A stretch of DNA of 64,000 nt, taken from an uncultured Ignavibacteriaceae bacterium (GTDB lineage: Bacteria; Bacteroidota; Ignavibacteria; UBA10030). The stretch lies in the NCBI GenBank assembly GCA_964480945.1, contig CAYZRX010000005.1, positions 21,556 through 85,555 of the forward strand, read 5' to 3'. The notes beneath the pieces were generated by a model. It made no database searches. It was not told the DNA's origin and saw nothing but the letters and a program-made list of their open reading frames with translations. The position numbers and the translations under genes are program-made. Within the stretch, counting starts at the first letter, position 1; every line of letters begins with the position of its first letter. Below, piece after piece: positions 62,914 through 64,000 of this stretch.

Positions 62914-63834
62914 CTAGGCAGGATTGCTCTGATGGAACTCCCTAGTTATTTCCTCAGGTAGGGGTGGGACCGCTCCGGGCTGCGAGCACACGAAAGCCCC
63001 CACCCGGTTCGCCAACTCCTGTACGCTCTCGAGCGGCAAACCGCGTAAGAGTCCGACCGTCACTGCAGCTGTAAAGGCGTCACCTGCACCCACGGTATCC
63101 ACCACTTCTGCCGGATAACCGGGATGGCTTTCATCCCGATCCGCGGTCACCATCCGGCTCCCCCGTTCGCCTCTGGTGAAGACGACCGAGCCCAGGTTGA
63201 ATCGCTCGCGAAGGATGCGGAGTCGAGCTGTTTCGTCGCCGGCGATCCCCAGCGAGTCTGCCAGGACCGGCAGCTCAGCATCGTTCAGCTTCAGCACGTC
63301 GGCCAGTTCCAGCGAGGAGCGGATGACCTCCGCGGAGTAGAAAGGCTGGCGCAGGTTCACGTCGAACACCGTAAGGCATTCTGGCCGGACGGCGTGTAAG
63401 AATTTTCTGATTGCATTCCGGCTGCGCTGGTCGCGCTGAGCCAGCGAGCCGAACATCACGGCGTCGGCGTTACGTGCCAGCTGTTCCACCGCCGCATCGA
63501 TCTCGATCGCGTCCCATGCCGCCGGCTTGCGGATGGAGAAAATCGGCACCCCGGCGTCGTTTAACTTCACATCCACCACACCGGTCGGCAGTCCCCGTAC
63601 CACGCGTACCCCCGCAACATCCATCTGCAGTGCGCGGAGACGCTCCAAGATTTCTCGTCCCTCGGCATCATCCCCCACTCCGCTGATCGCTGCCGCCTTC
63701 ACCCCCAGTTGAGCCGTGTGTGCCGCCGCATTGATCGGAGCGCCACCAAGGCTTCGGCCCGCCGGCAGGAGATCCCACAAAACCTCGCCGATGCCGACAC
63801 ACAAAGGCCTCTCCACCGGCTCCTTAAGCGACAT
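62914..63834 (-). CDS. PfkB-family carbohydrate kinase (fructokinase-like)
   Basis: GGAPIN, DVNLR, DTVGAGDAF. Confidence 0.92.
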   Translation of the reverse strand: MSLKEPVERPLCVGIGEVLWDLLPAGRSLGGAPINAAAHTAQLGVKAAAISGVGDDAEGREILERLRALQMDVAGVRVVRGLPTGVVDVKLNDAGVPIFSIRKPAAWDAIEIDAAVEQLARNADAVMFGSLAQRDQRSRNAIRKFLHAVRPECLTVFDVNLRQPFYSAEVIRSSLELADVLKLNDAELPVLADSLGIAGDETARLRILRERFNLGSVVFTRGERGSRMVTADRDESHPGYPAEVVDTVGAGDAFTAAVTVGLLRGLPLESVQELANRVGAFVCSQPGAVPPLPEEITREFHQSNPA

Positions 63835-64000
63835 CGATGATCACCTTCAACGATTTGTCCCCCTGTTCCTCGATGAAGTGATAGGCATCAGGATACTGTG
63901 GGAACGGGAAGTGGCGTGTCAGCAGCGGCTCGGTTCGCACTGCTCCGGTAGCAATCCATTGCACTGCCTGCTCATAGTCCTCGTGCTTGTACATCAGCGT
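63824..64000 (-). CDS. Zn-dependent (sorbitol-dehydrogenase-like) dehydrogenase, C-terminal fragment
   Basis: Manual translation: TLMYKHEDYEQAVQWIATG..PLLTRHFPF..KSLKVIIDVA*; overlaps the PfkB start. Confidence 0.7.
   Translation of the reverse strand, partial: TLMYKHEDYEQAVQWIATGAVRTEPLLTRHFPFPQYPDAYHFIEEQGDKSLKVIIDVA

Noticed and set aside
1-64000. CRISPR arrays, tRNA/rRNA, IS transposases, defence genes
   Set aside because: No regularly spaced short repeats, RNA-gene signatures or relevant protein motifs were seen by eye.

Overview
Bacterial, roughly 55-60% GC, read with the standard code 11. The QNYPNPFNP-type T9SS C-terminal domains, a PorV-like gene and AGGAG ribosome-binding sites suggest an Ignavibacteria-like or related FCB-group organism (inference). 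Most of the window is a large hemicellulose-utilisation region. It has two TonB-dependent receptor cassettes with no SusD, GH5 (x5, two of them tentative), GH9, GH3, GH94, GH74, GH2, GH31 (x2), GH130, a cellobiose-2-epimerase-family gene, an SSS transporter and a SASA esterase. A carbamoyltransferase/SxtJ/DUF5989/SGNH cluster interrupts it, and a sugar-alcohol operon follows. Most unusual observations: (1) a T9SS-secreted tandem-domain gene with the same in-frame TGA in both repeats, inside a 211-bp perfectly homogenised block; (2) a SusD-less TBDR cassette with its own PorV paralogue; (3) a 26-34 bp element shared by two promoter regions 16.5 kb apart; (4) two convergent genes both truncated at one 9-bp microhomology. 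No CRISPR, rRNA, tRNA or transposase was seen. No database search was run; family calls come from motif recognition.
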